From Clostridia bacterium (GTDB lineage: Bacteria; Bacillota; Clostridia; UMGS1883): a stretch of 64,000 nucleotides of DNA. Location: NCBI GenBank assembly GCA_045646985.1, contig JAZRLV010000094.1, forward strand, positions 10,158 through 74,157, written 5' to 3'. Of this stretch, positions 1-8,945 are shown in pieces. Position 1 is the stretch's first letter; the number at the start of each line of letters is the position of its first letter. The notes beneath the pieces were generated by a model. The model was not told where the DNA came from. It searched no databases and worked only from the letters and a program-made list of their open reading frames with translations. Both the position numbers and the translations under genes were made by a program.

Positions 1-41
1 TGCCTTTGGACTATTTTAGCGTATTCTTTTTTTGTAACCAT
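1..41 (-). CDS. 5' fragment of a gene that continues beyond the window start (N-terminus MVTKKEYAKIVQR...); function unknown
   Basis: ATG at 39-41 (minus strand) preceded by AGGAGA RBS 7 nt upstream; open frame runs off the window edge. Confidence 0.25.
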   Translation of the reverse strand, partial: MVTKKEYAKIVQR

Positions 42-53
42 AAGCTTTCTCCT

Positions 54-170
54 TTATATAAACATTGCGGCACTGCTGCTGCCCATATTTCCTGTAGTAA
101 CCATAAAGCGAAGAATAAACAAAGATAAAAATGCCAATATAATAAAAGTTGTGTTTAATTTTTTAATCAT
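54..170 (-). CDS. small hydrophobic peptide, 38 aa (MIKKLNTTFIILAFLSLFILRFMVTTGNMGSSSAAMFI), possible small membrane protein
   Basis: ATG at 170 with AAAGGA RBS 8 nt upstream; single predicted transmembrane helix; immediately followed by the RBS and start of the next gene. Confidence 0.35.
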   Translation of the reverse strand: MIKKLNTTFIILAFLSLFILRFMVTTGNMGSSSAAMFI

Positions 171-200
171 ATAAATTCATCCTTTCGTATTTATTTTTTC

Positions 201-240
201 CCGCAAAAAAAGAAATTCTCCTTTTTTGAAGAATTTCTTT
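201..240 (-). terminator. rho-independent terminator downstream of the spoVB/murJ-like gene
   Basis: hairpin AGAAATTCT/AGAATTTCT at 211-238 followed on the minus strand by a U-run (plus-strand A7 at 204-210). Confidence 0.5.
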
Positions 241-253
241 TTTGCAATTTATA

Positions 254-1864
254 TTATTTTTTGAATTTTTTTCCTATAATCGGTAGCATTGAAAGCTCTT
301 CTTTCTCAAACACTCCTAAAATACCCACCATTCCAAAATATACAACTGCACCGGTTATTATGGAGCAAAGCACCCCAATCGTATTTCCAAAGCCTTTGAG
401 AAGATTGTATGCACCTATTACGCATCCGCCCATTATAAGAGCTGATATAAAGGGCTTTAAAAAATATTTTCCAAAGCCTATCTTCATAGGCAGATTTATC
501 CTCAAAACACTAAAGCTTATAAAAAACGCTATTGCCTGACAGGCAATACTGCCTATCGGTGCTCCGTATATATTTATATTTGGTATAGGAACAAGAATCA
601 GATTAAACAAAAGCTTTACTATTCCCCCTGCAAGAACACTTAGCGCAGGAACAAATATTTTTCCCATTCCCTGAAGCGACCCGTAGATTGTCTGGCTCAT
701 AGCAGAGAAAAATACAGTTGGTGCAACAATGGCAAAGAGCATCCCTCCGTCACTGGCATGCGGATAAATCATTCTAAGAATGGGGGAGGCAAGCACCATA
801 TACCCAATCGTACACGGAAGCGCCACAACCACACTTATAAGAAGTGAAAAGGAAACCTTTTGTCTGGCGGTTTCATAATCTTTCAGCGCAAGTGCTCCCG
901 CAACAGTAGGCACAAGCACTGTAGAAAACGCAGTATTAAGTGCCAGCGGCAGATTTACAAGCACGTCTGTTTTACTCAAAATACCGCTAAGCCTTACAGC
1001 CTCATCAGAAAGAAGCTGCGCATCAGTAATTTTTGATGCAAGCGCAATTTTTACGCCACGAACAACCGTAATTATATCCACGACTCTGTTAAGAGATGCC
1101 ACTATTGCGCCCAAAGATATAGGTATTGATACAAGAAGTATCATTCTGGCAATCTTTATAGCACTGCCCTTTATCTTCACAGCCGGCGCACTTTTGAGCT
1201 TTTCTCTGATGCTTTTTGCATTTATCCCGCAAAAAATAAAGAGATAAATACAGCTAAGAAGCGTAGAAATCGTCGTTGCAAGCGTTGCACCTGCCGCCAT
1301 ATATTCAGGCTTTGACCCTGCCATTGCAAGCACAATAAGAATTGTGGAAAGGCTTTTTAAAAACTGCTCTAAAACCTGACTTGTGTTTGTCGCTTTCATA
1401 TTATGCTGACCTGCAAAAAAGCCACGGATAACACTCGACACCGATACAAAGATAAGTGCAGGGGAAAGCACCTTTATTGTATAACAAGCAAGAGGGGCAT
1501 CAAGAATATGCGTTGCAATAAATTCCGCCCCGAAAAACATAATTCCCGAAAAAAATGCACCTACACACAAAAACAGCACCAAGGCAACACGGAAAATACG
1601 CATTGCACCACGAAAATCGTCAAGTGCACATCGTTCTGAAACAAGCTTTGAAATAGCGTTTGGTATACCTATAGAGCTTATCGCCAAAAGCAGCGTATAT
1701 ATCTGGTAACCGAAATTGTAATAACCGTTTCCCATATCTCCGAAGCCATCAATATTGGTTATTACCATACGGTACGCAAAGCCCAGAAGCTTAACCGCTA
1801 TCTGCGCAAAAATTATCGTTATTACATTCATTAAAAAGGTGGGTGCTTTATTTTCTTTACCCAT
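254..1864 (-). CDS. MOP-superfamily flippase, stage V sporulation protein B / MurJ-like polysaccharide biosynthesis protein
   Basis: 536 aa polytopic membrane protein; N-terminus and overall pattern typical of SpoVB/MviN family. Confidence 0.7.
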   Translation of the reverse strand: MGKENKAPTFLMNVITIIFAQIAVKLLGFAYRMVITNIDGFGDMGNGYYNFGYQIYTLLLAISSIGIPNAISKLVSERCALDDFRGAMRIFRVALVLFLCVGAFFSGIMFFGAEFIATHILDAPLACYTIKVLSPALIFVSVSSVIRGFFAGQHNMKATNTSQVLEQFLKSLSTILIVLAMAGSKPEYMAAGATLATTISTLLSCIYLFIFCGINAKSIREKLKSAPAVKIKGSAIKIARMILLVSIPISLGAIVASLNRVVDIITVVRGVKIALASKITDAQLLSDEAVRLSGILSKTDVLVNLPLALNTAFSTVLVPTVAGALALKDYETARQKVSFSLLISVVVALPCTIGYMVLASPILRMIYPHASDGGMLFAIVAPTVFFSAMSQTIYGSLQGMGKIFVPALSVLAGGIVKLLFNLILVPIPNINIYGAPIGSIACQAIAFFISFSVLRINLPMKIGFGKYFLKPFISALIMGGCVIGAYNLLKGFGNTIGVLCSIITGAVVYFGMVGILGVFEKEELSMLPIIGKKFKK

Positions 1865-1888
1865 ATAAATTACAGCCTTTCTTAAATT

Positions 1889-2449
1889 TTATCTGACAAT
1901 TTCTTCTGCTGTTTTATATACCGCTCTCTCGCCGCCGATAAGTCTTGGGCGGGTTTTTGCACAGATAATAGGTGCTTCGCCAATTTTTCTTACACTAAGA
2001 CGTACAGGCACAGCCACCCTTTTAAGATGCATACCTATAAGCGTACCGCCTATGTCAATTCCACAGTTCGCCTGTATACTTTCCACCAGAACGGGGTCGC
2101 TAAATGCTTTATAAGCATTTGTCGCAAAGGAGCCGCCCGCCTTTGGCTGAGGAACAGCACTTACTTCCTCAAGACGGTATGCCTTCATACACTCACGCTC
2201 AATCACAACAGAGCGGTTTAAATGCTCACAGCACTGCGCCGCAAGGTAAATTCCTTTTTGTGAAAGTACCTCATATATTCCGTCAAATACAGCTTTTCCT
2301 ACCTCAAAATTTGAGCCTGTGCCAATTTTTTCACCGCACACCTCGCTGGAGGAACAACCAACAACAAAAATATCGCCCTTTTCAAGCTTTGCTGCTTCTA
2401 TAAGCTCCTGCGCTGCCTGTGCAGCCTGATTTTTTATCTCTGTAAACAT
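1889..2449 (-). CDS. UPF0340 / DUF436 (TIGR01440) family protein
   Basis: 186 aa; conserved FVVGCSSSEV and CCEHLNR motifs of the family. Confidence 0.65.
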   Translation of the reverse strand: MFTEIKNQAAQAAQELIEAAKLEKGDIFVVGCSSSEVCGEKIGTGSNFEVGKAVFDGIYEVLSQKGIYLAAQCCEHLNRSVVIERECMKAYRLEEVSAVPQPKAGGSFATNAYKAFSDPVLVESIQANCGIDIGGTLIGMHLKRVAVPVRLSVRKIGEAPIICAKTRPRLIGGERAVYKTAEEIVR

Positions 2450-2481
2450 ATATATTCAAACCTCCGTTTTTACATTCAAGT

Positions 2482-2952
2482 TTAATTATAGACATTATTG
2501 CGGACACGGATTGATAAAAGGCGTTGTTGAATCCATTCTGTGGTGTAACCCTTTTTATGATATGTTTCAAACGCTCTGTCTATTGCCATCTCAGGGTCTA
2601 TCGTTTCATCAATCCTCTCTTTACCCACCTTTGCAAGCCACATTTTAAAAGGTTCTGCCTTTGGCGAAGGAATTGATTGAATTATACGAAGTATTCCAGC
2701 AATATCTGCAACATCGGTATTATATCGTTTTCCGTCTTTCGGAGATTTTAGTTTCAGTTGGTGACAAATTGTCACCAACTCATTTCCTTCTTCTTTTAAG
2801 CGTTGTTTTAATTTATTCCAATACTTTCTTCCATCTAAACTATCTGTAAGTACAGATACAACATCAACAACAGAAAAATACCATTCTTCTCTTTCTTCGT
2901 TCCACGCAGTTCTTATTTTTTTATCTTCAAATATTTGTATTTTATTATCCAT
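2482..2952 (-). CDS. Bro-N domain-containing protein (phage antirepressor-like, stand-alone)
   Basis: highly conserved Bro-N core (EEWYFSVVDVVSVLTDS...LRIIQSIPSPKAEPFKMWLAKVG); start set at internal ATG (MDNKIQIF) with GGAGGT RBS 7 nt upstream. Confidence 0.7.
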   Translation of the reverse strand: MDNKIQIFEDKKIRTAWNEEREEWYFSVVDVVSVLTDSLDGRKYWNKLKQRLKEEGNELVTICHQLKLKSPKDGKRYNTDVADIAGILRIIQSIPSPKAEPFKMWLAKVGKERIDETIDPEMAIDRAFETYHKKGYTTEWIQQRLLSIRVRNNVYN

Positions 2953-3068
2953 GTATTTACCTCCATAAAAGCGGTATGTTTTCCTTGAGGTCACACTCAT
3001 TATACACCTCTTTTTTTAAAAAGGCAATATCTAATAAATACTATCATATAATATTGCGAGGTGATTTT

Positions 3069-3248
3069 ATGGAAAATGAACAATATATGTGCTACATAAC
3101 ATACGCCGTTCCCAAAAATTTAATGCCAAAGCTGATGATGCAGGAAACGGAAATTGAGGAAAGCAGTCCGCCGTCACTTTATCCGCCGGGGTTTATCCCC
3201 GATTGGTACAGAAACGGCTGTTTTCCTGAAGATGATATTGAGGATTAG
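3069..3248 (+). CDS. hypothetical small acidic protein, 59 aa (MENEQYMCYITYAVPKNL...DWYRNGCFPEDDIED)
   Basis: ATG with GAGGTGA RBS 5 nt upstream, TATAAT -10 at about 3048, strong terminator directly downstream; divergent from the Bro-N gene. Confidence 0.45.
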   Translation: MENEQYMCYITYAVPKNLMPKLMMQETEIEESSPPSLYPPGFIPDWYRNGCFPEDDIED

Positions 3249-3253
3249 CTAAA

Positions 3254-3298
3254 TATGGAGGTGTGACAATGCGTTGCCACACCTCCATATTTTTTTTA
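3254..3298. terminator. bidirectional rho-independent terminator (hairpin TATGGAGGTGTGACAATGCGTTGCCACACCTCCATA + T9)
   Basis: 12-bp GC-rich stem with extension, T-run on plus strand; lies between convergent genes. Confidence 0.6.
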
Positions 3299-3745
3299 TT
3301 TATTTTCCTCTATAAACTCCGACAAAGCTCTTGCCGCACTTCCTACAAAAGCAAGGCAAGGGCGTTTTTTATAAAATTCAGGATTTCTTGGAGTGGGGTC
3401 AGGCTTTTGCGCACCATCTACCCCTAAAAGCTCACGACAGATTATTGTGCCGTACTCATCTTTAAATTCCTTTGCCAGATTTTGAACACGTGCATAAAGC
3501 TCTTTTTTTGCAGCATCATTTTTGGCATCGTCATAACCATAGAGAACACCAAGCACCATAAACATTCCGCTTACAGCACCGCAAACCTCACGAAGTCTGC
3601 CCATGCCGCCCCCAAAGGCAGAGGACATTTTGAGAGCATCACTTACGTTCATTCCCATTTCATCGGCAAAAGCCGCAAAAACTGCCTGTGCACAGTTATA
3701 TCCGTCAGTAAAATAGTTGCACGCAATTTGTTCATGCTTATTCAT
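3296..3745 (-). CDS. C_GCAxxG_C_C family probable redox protein
   Basis: 149 aa; CNYFTDGYNCAQAV motif and C-terminal Cys; start at MNKHEQ with AGGAGG RBS 8 nt upstream. Confidence 0.7.
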   Translation of the reverse strand: MNKHEQIACNYFTDGYNCAQAVFAAFADEMGMNVSDALKMSSAFGGGMGRLREVCGAVSGMFMVLGVLYGYDDAKNDAAKKELYARVQNLAKEFKDEYGTIICRELLGVDGAQKPDPTPRNPEFYKKRPCLAFVGSAARALSEFIEENK

Positions 3746-3767
3746 ATTGGTTCCTCCTAAGTTACAA

Positions 3768-3800
3768 AAGAGCTGTGACAATAAGTTGCCACAGCTCCTT
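3768..3800 (-). terminator. terminator of gdhA (hairpin GAGCTGTGACAATAAGTTGCCACAGCTC + UUUU)
   Basis: stem-loop immediately after the gdhA stop; shares a 20-nt core with the hairpin at 3254-3298. Confidence 0.5.
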
Positions 3801-3818
3801 GTTAATTATGTGTTTTAA

Positions 3819-5183
3819 TTAGCAAACGCCGTAAGCAAGCATTGCTTCTGCAACCTTCTTAAAGCCTGCAATATTAGCACCTGCAACAAGGTCATAACCA
3901 AGACCATATTCTTCGGCTGCTTCCATGCTAACCTTATGAATGTTAGCCATGATTCCCATAAGCTTTTCGTCAACCTCTTCAGCTGTCCAGCTGTAACGCA
4001 TAGAGTTCTGCGCCATTTCAAGAGCAGATACTGCAACGCCGCCGGCATTAACAGCCTTTGAAGGTCCAACTATAAGACCGCTGTCCTTAAGAAGTGTAAC
4101 TGCCTCGTTTGTTGTGGGCATGTTAGCAACCTCGATATAATACTTTGTACCGTTTGCAATAATCTTCTTAGCTTCTTCAATACCGATTTCGTTCTGAGTT
4201 GCACAAGGCATACAGATATCAGCCTTAACACCCCAGGGCTTTTCACCTGCAAAGAACTGGCAACCGAATTTATCAGCATAATCCTGAGCTTTGTCACGGC
4301 CGGAAGCTCTCATCTCAAGCATGAAGTCAATCTTTTCCTGTGTTGTAACACCATCGGGATCATATACATATCCGTCAGGACCTGAAATTGTAATAACCTT
4401 ACCGCCAAGCTGAGCAACCTTTGCAGCAACACCCCATGCAACGTTACCAAAGCCTGAGATTGCAACTGTCTTACCCTCGATTGTTTCGCCGAAATGCTTA
4501 AGCACTTCGCAGGCATAATATGTAGCACCATAGCCTGTAGCTTCAGGACGGATTAAAGAACCACCGTATGAAAGGCCCTTACCTGTAAGAACACCGTTTT
4601 CCCAGCAGCCCTTAATTCTCTTATACTGGCCGTAAAGGTAACCGATTTCTCTTGCGCCTACACCGATATCGCCGGCAGGAACGTCAACGTCGGGACCGAT
4701 ATGACGGTAAAGCTCTGTCATAAAGCTCTGGCAGAATCTCATGATTTCTCCGTCAGACTTACCTCTGGGGACAAAGTCACTGCCGCCCTTACCGCCGCCG
4801 ATGGGAAGACCTGTAAGGCTGTTCTTGAATGTCTGCTCAAAGCCGAGGAATTTGATGATTGAAAGGTTAACAGATGGATGGAAGCGAAGACCGCCCTTGA
4901 AAGGTCCGATTGCACCGTTAAACTGTACACGGAAACCTCTGTTTACCTGTACCTTGCCATTATCGTCAACCCACGGAACACGGAAAATGATCTGTCTTTC
5001 AGGCTCTACTATTCTTTCAAAAATACCTGCCTTTTCAAGATCAGGTCTCTTCTCAACAACGTGCTCAAGACTCTCAAGCACCTCTGTCACTGTCTGAATA
5101 AATTCCGGTTCGTTGGCATCTTTCTTTTTTACATCTTCCAAAATACCAAGCAAATACTTGTTTTTCACAATAAAAACCCCCAT
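3819..5183 (-). CDS. gdhA: NADP-specific glutamate dehydrogenase
   Basis: 454 aa; GGGKGGSDF, IGPDVDVPAGDIGVG and other Glu/Leu/Phe/Val dehydrogenase signatures; colinear with E. coli GdhA. Confidence 0.9.
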   Translation of the reverse strand: MGVFIVKNKYLLGILEDVKKKDANEPEFIQTVTEVLESLEHVVEKRPDLEKAGIFERIVEPERQIIFRVPWVDDNGKVQVNRGFRVQFNGAIGPFKGGLRFHPSVNLSIIKFLGFEQTFKNSLTGLPIGGGKGGSDFVPRGKSDGEIMRFCQSFMTELYRHIGPDVDVPAGDIGVGAREIGYLYGQYKRIKGCWENGVLTGKGLSYGGSLIRPEATGYGATYYACEVLKHFGETIEGKTVAISGFGNVAWGVAAKVAQLGGKVITISGPDGYVYDPDGVTTQEKIDFMLEMRASGRDKAQDYADKFGCQFFAGEKPWGVKADICMPCATQNEIGIEEAKKIIANGTKYYIEVANMPTTNEAVTLLKDSGLIVGPSKAVNAGGVAVSALEMAQNSMRYSWTAEEVDEKLMGIMANIHKVSMEAAEEYGLGYDLVAGANIAGFKKVAEAMLAYGVC

Positions 5184-5208
5184 TTTCTTAAAATTCTACA
5201 TTAAAAAT

Positions 5209-5237
5209 ATTATAACACCCAAAAAAAATGATGTCAA
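5209..5237 (-). promoter_or_regulatory. sigma-A promoter of gdhA (TTGACA-17-TATAAT)
   Basis: perfect -35 and -10 hexamers with 17-nt spacer, about 30 nt upstream of the gdhA start. Confidence 0.5.
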
Positions 5238-5288
5238 CACATTTTTACGCTGTTATATTCACGATTATTATCATCTTTTTTTAAAAAA

Positions 5289-7667
5289 TCACTTTATTTC
5301 AACCACTGTTACCCCTGCTTCACCCTCGCCATATTTTCCAAGGCGGAAAGAGCGTGCGTGTGGATGATGGCGAAGCATTTCTCCGACAGCGCTCCTCAGT
5401 GCACCTGTTCCCTTGCCGTGAATTATTGTTACTGATTCAAGATGAGAAAGAGCCGCATCGTCAAGATATTTATCAAGTAGCAGCAGTGCATCCTCAACAG
5501 TTTCGCCACGCAAATCAAGCTCCATTTTAATTTCTGAATAAGCACGGCTTTCCCCTACAATATAGCTTTGGGAACTCTTCTTTTTCTTTTCCTCTTTAGC
5601 CGGAGCAAGAGTGCTGATATTCGTTTTTATCTTCAGGATTCCTACCTGTACTGTAAGGTCGCCTTTTTTATCAGGCAGTGTAAGAACGTTTCCTGTAGAG
5701 TTCATTGTAGTAACCTCTACAGTCTGACCAAGTGTGATTTTCTTCGGGTCGAGCTTTTCCTTTCCTTTTGCGCTGAAAACGTCCTCTGCAATTTTGTCAG
5801 CTGCGCTGTCAAGTCCTTTTTTAAGGCTGCGTCGGCTTTCCTCCAATTCACGTCTGTTTAGAGACGCCCCCTCTTCAAACAGCTTTTGCATTTTCTTAAC
5901 GATTGCATCAGCTTCGCTTTTTGCCTGCTCATAAATTTTCTTTGCGTCACGGCGTGCATCGGCAAGGATTCTTTCCTTTTCTTTCTCTATACGGCTGCGT
6001 TCCTTTTGCGCCTTTTCACGCTGCGCTATTGACTCTGCCTTTGCCTCGCTTGCCTGACTCAGTGCCTCCTGTGCCTTTGCACGGTGCTTTTCAAGAGAGC
6101 TTATTACATCTTCAAAGCGTGTGTTTTCACTGTCTATAAGTCTGCGTGCATGATTTATAATATCATCGTTAAGCCCAAGTCTTTTTGAAATTGCAAATGC
6201 GTTACTCTTTCCCGGGACACCTATAAGAAGCTTGTAGGTCGGGCGCAGAGAGGCAACGTCAAACTCGCATGCGGCATTTTCCACTCTGTCGGTTGAAAGA
6301 GCATAGAGCTTTATTTCGCTGTAATGCGTTGTTGCCGCAACCTTTGCCCCTACGCTTTTTGCTCTTTCAAGGATTGCCACAGCAAGTGCCGCCCCCTCCG
6401 TCGGGTCTGTTCCCGAGCAAAGCTCGTCAAACAGTATCAGCGATTTATAGTCAGCCTTTTGTAGTATACGTATAATATTTGTCATATGCGCTGAAAAAGT
6501 ACTGAGGGACTGTTCAATAGACTGTTCATCACCAATATCTGCAAAAACATTTTCAAATACACATATACGGCTTCCGCTTGCGGCCGGAATACATAAGCCG
6601 GATTGCGCCATAATAGTAAAAAGGCCTAGTGTTTTAAGTGACACAGTTTTACCGCCGGTATTCGGGCCAGTGATAACAAGGGTATCAAAATCCTCGCCTA
6701 AATATATGTCGGTAGGAACAACCTTTTTTTCATCAATAAGCGGATGGCGCCCCTTTCTTATATTTATGATTCCGTCCTGATTAAGCTCGGGCACGGTTGC
6801 ATTCATCTTGCGTGAAAGCTTTCCCTTTGCAAATATAAAATCAAGTTCACATATCGCATCGTAATCAGCAATTATTTGCTCGGAAAATTCTGCGGCTTTT
6901 TGCGAAAGCTCCATAAGAATACGCTCAATCTCGTCCTTTTCCTCGCCTTGCAGACTGCGCAAGCGGTTATTTATCTCAACCGCCGCCATCGGCTCTACAA
7001 ACAAGGTTGCACCGCTGGCAGAGCTGTCATGTACAACGCCCGAAACCTCACCCTTATGCTCGCTTTTAACGGGAATAACATATCTGTCGCCACGCATAGT
7101 AACAATAGGCTCCTGCAAAAACGTGGAGTATCTTGCAGAATGTACCATTTCATTAAGAACATCACGCACCTTTGCATGGAGCGAGCGCATTTTCCGTCTT
7201 ATTGCAAGAAGCTCGCCCGATGCATCGTCCGCCATTTCTTCGTCACTGATGATTGCGCTAAAGATTGTATTTTCAAGCTTCTTGTTCTCATACACAGAGC
7301 TAAAAATTTCATTAAGCTGAGGGTAATTCTCCGAAAAATTGTCCTCGTCTGCATAAGCTACAAGCCCTCTTGCCATTCTTAGCACGTGTGCTATTGCAAG
7401 CAAATCCCCCATAGACAGTACGCCGCCTGCACTGCTGCGCTTTGCCGCACCTGTAATATTGCGGACAGGACTTATAGGCGGAGTGCCCTTTTTTATCAGC
7501 AATGTTTCCGCCTCACTCGTCTGAGCAAGGAGATTTTTTGCTTCATAAATGCTTTCTACAGGCAACAATGCGCCTAAGCGTTGTTTTGCTTCGGCGCATA
7601 CTGCCATTTCACTGAGCATTTCTTTTATTCTGTTAAATTCAAGTACCCGTAATGTACGTTCTTCCAT
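5289..7667 (-). CDS. mutS2: endonuclease MutS2 (MutS domain + C-terminal Smr)
   Basis: 792 aa; Walker A GPNTGGKT; K/E-rich coiled coil; C-terminal Smr domain (HGKGTGALR). Confidence 0.9.
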   Translation of the reverse strand: MEERTLRVLEFNRIKEMLSEMAVCAEAKQRLGALLPVESIYEAKNLLAQTSEAETLLIKKGTPPISPVRNITGAAKRSSAGGVLSMGDLLAIAHVLRMARGLVAYADEDNFSENYPQLNEIFSSVYENKKLENTIFSAIISDEEMADDASGELLAIRRKMRSLHAKVRDVLNEMVHSARYSTFLQEPIVTMRGDRYVIPVKSEHKGEVSGVVHDSSASGATLFVEPMAAVEINNRLRSLQGEEKDEIERILMELSQKAAEFSEQIIADYDAICELDFIFAKGKLSRKMNATVPELNQDGIINIRKGRHPLIDEKKVVPTDIYLGEDFDTLVITGPNTGGKTVSLKTLGLFTIMAQSGLCIPAASGSRICVFENVFADIGDEQSIEQSLSTFSAHMTNIIRILQKADYKSLILFDELCSGTDPTEGAALAVAILERAKSVGAKVAATTHYSEIKLYALSTDRVENAACEFDVASLRPTYKLLIGVPGKSNAFAISKRLGLNDDIINHARRLIDSENTRFEDVISSLEKHRAKAQEALSQASEAKAESIAQREKAQKERSRIEKEKERILADARRDAKKIYEQAKSEADAIVKKMQKLFEEGASLNRRELEESRRSLKKGLDSAADKIAEDVFSAKGKEKLDPKKITLGQTVEVTTMNSTGNVLTLPDKKGDLTVQVGILKIKTNISTLAPAKEEKKKKSSQSYIVGESRAYSEIKMELDLRGETVEDALLLLDKYLDDAALSHLESVTIIHGKGTGALRSAVGEMLRHHPHARSFRLGKYGEGEAGVTVVEIK

Positions 7668-7701
7668 TATTTTATACCTCTGTTAACCGAAATAAGGTCA
7701 G

Positions 7702-8925
7702 TTACATTTTAATGTGTTGTGGTAAGCCATTTACATAAAGCTGCGAAACCTCGCCCGCAATAAGCGGCTTTACATAACGAACAAATTCCTCTGTTACATA
7801 GTCGCCTTTTTCGTTAATCATACTGCGTGGTACATCCTTTGCAAGGTTTGCAACACCATGTACATCCGCAGTATCTGTAATGCAGATATACGGCTCGTCC
7901 GATATTCTTTTAAGAAGTGCCATTTCGCCGCTGTGACCTTCCGCTGCCGCCTTTACTGCCGCTTCGCCTACGGCAAAGGATTCTGTAATATCAGTAAGCG
8001 ATGCTATGTGAGAAGCACAGCGCTGAAGTGTAGAAAGCTCAACAGCACGTGTCTTTATTCCCAAATCTTTTTTGAGCATTGTTGCTATTGTCTGCGCTGT
8101 TCCCGTAAGCATCGTATGTCCGAAAGCGTCCGTTCCTTTCTCACTTCCCAGTTCACACACATATTTGCCATTTTTTGTGCGCACACCTTCTGACACTGTT
8201 ATTACGATTGATTTTTTTGTTTTTATAAGCTCTGCCACACGATTTTTTACGTATTCATAGTCAAATTCTACTTCGGGTAAAAGCACCATTGCAGGGCCTT
8301 CGCAGTCATCGCCCTTTGAAAGCGCACTCGCCCCTGTAAGCCAGCCTGCATCTCTGCCCATTATTTCGACAACTGTTACACTTGCCAAATCATATACAAG
8401 GCTGTCACGCACAAGCTCCTTTGTGACGGTTGCTACAAATTTTGCCGCACTGCCAAAGCCTGGGGTATGGTCTGTGCAAACAAGGTCATTATCAATAGTT
8501 TTGGGCACACCCATAAAACGTATACCGCTGTTTTTAAATTTATCGTAATCGCTAAGCTTTTTTACGGTATCCATTGAATCGTTACCGCCAATATAGAAAA
8601 ACCCTTTTATGTCATATTTCTTAAATATTTCAAAAAGCTTTTCGTAGATTTCATTTCCCTCTACAGCCTCGGGCAGTTTAAAACGGCAGGAGCCAAGATA
8701 AGAAGATGGCGTCCTTTTAAGAAGCTCTATATCCTTATCGCTCTTTATATATTCGTTAAGGTCTGCAATTTTTTCTGACAATAAACCCTCAACACCGCTT
8801 ATCATGCCATAAACTTTTCCTGTGCAAAGCGTTCTGCCACCGCAAATAACACCTGCAAGTGAAGAATTTATTGCTGCTGTAGGTCCGCCAGACTGACCTA
8901 CTATAATATTTCCTTCTATCTTCAT
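7702..8925 (-). CDS. pfp: 6-phosphofructokinase, long PFK-A family member with PPi-dependent-type signature (GGNDS)
   Basis: 407 aa; GGPTAAINSS, GGNDS (Asp in place of the Gly of ATP-PFK GGDGS), PKTIDND. Confidence 0.6.
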   Translation of the reverse strand: MKIEGNIIVGQSGGPTAAINSSLAGVICGGRTLCTGKVYGMISGVEGLLSEKIADLNEYIKSDKDIELLKRTPSSYLGSCRFKLPEAVEGNEIYEKLFEIFKKYDIKGFFYIGGNDSMDTVKKLSDYDKFKNSGIRFMGVPKTIDNDLVCTDHTPGFGSAAKFVATVTKELVRDSLVYDLASVTVVEIMGRDAGWLTGASALSKGDDCEGPAMVLLPEVEFDYEYVKNRVAELIKTKKSIVITVSEGVRTKNGKYVCELGSEKGTDAFGHTMLTGTAQTIATMLKKDLGIKTRAVELSTLQRCASHIASLTDITESFAVGEAAVKAAAEGHSGEMALLKRISDEPYICITDTADVHGVANLAKDVPRSMINEKGDYVTEEFVRYVKPLIAGEVSQLYVNGLPQHIKM

Positions 8926-8945
8926 TGGTATTCCCCTCCAAGCTT

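Noticed and set aside
2976-3248. 90-aa version of the small ORF
   Set aside because: The upstream 31 codons overlap the Bro-N promoter region and have no RBS; the internal ATG at 3069 has a GAGGTGA RBS and a -10 element, so the 59-aa version is preferred
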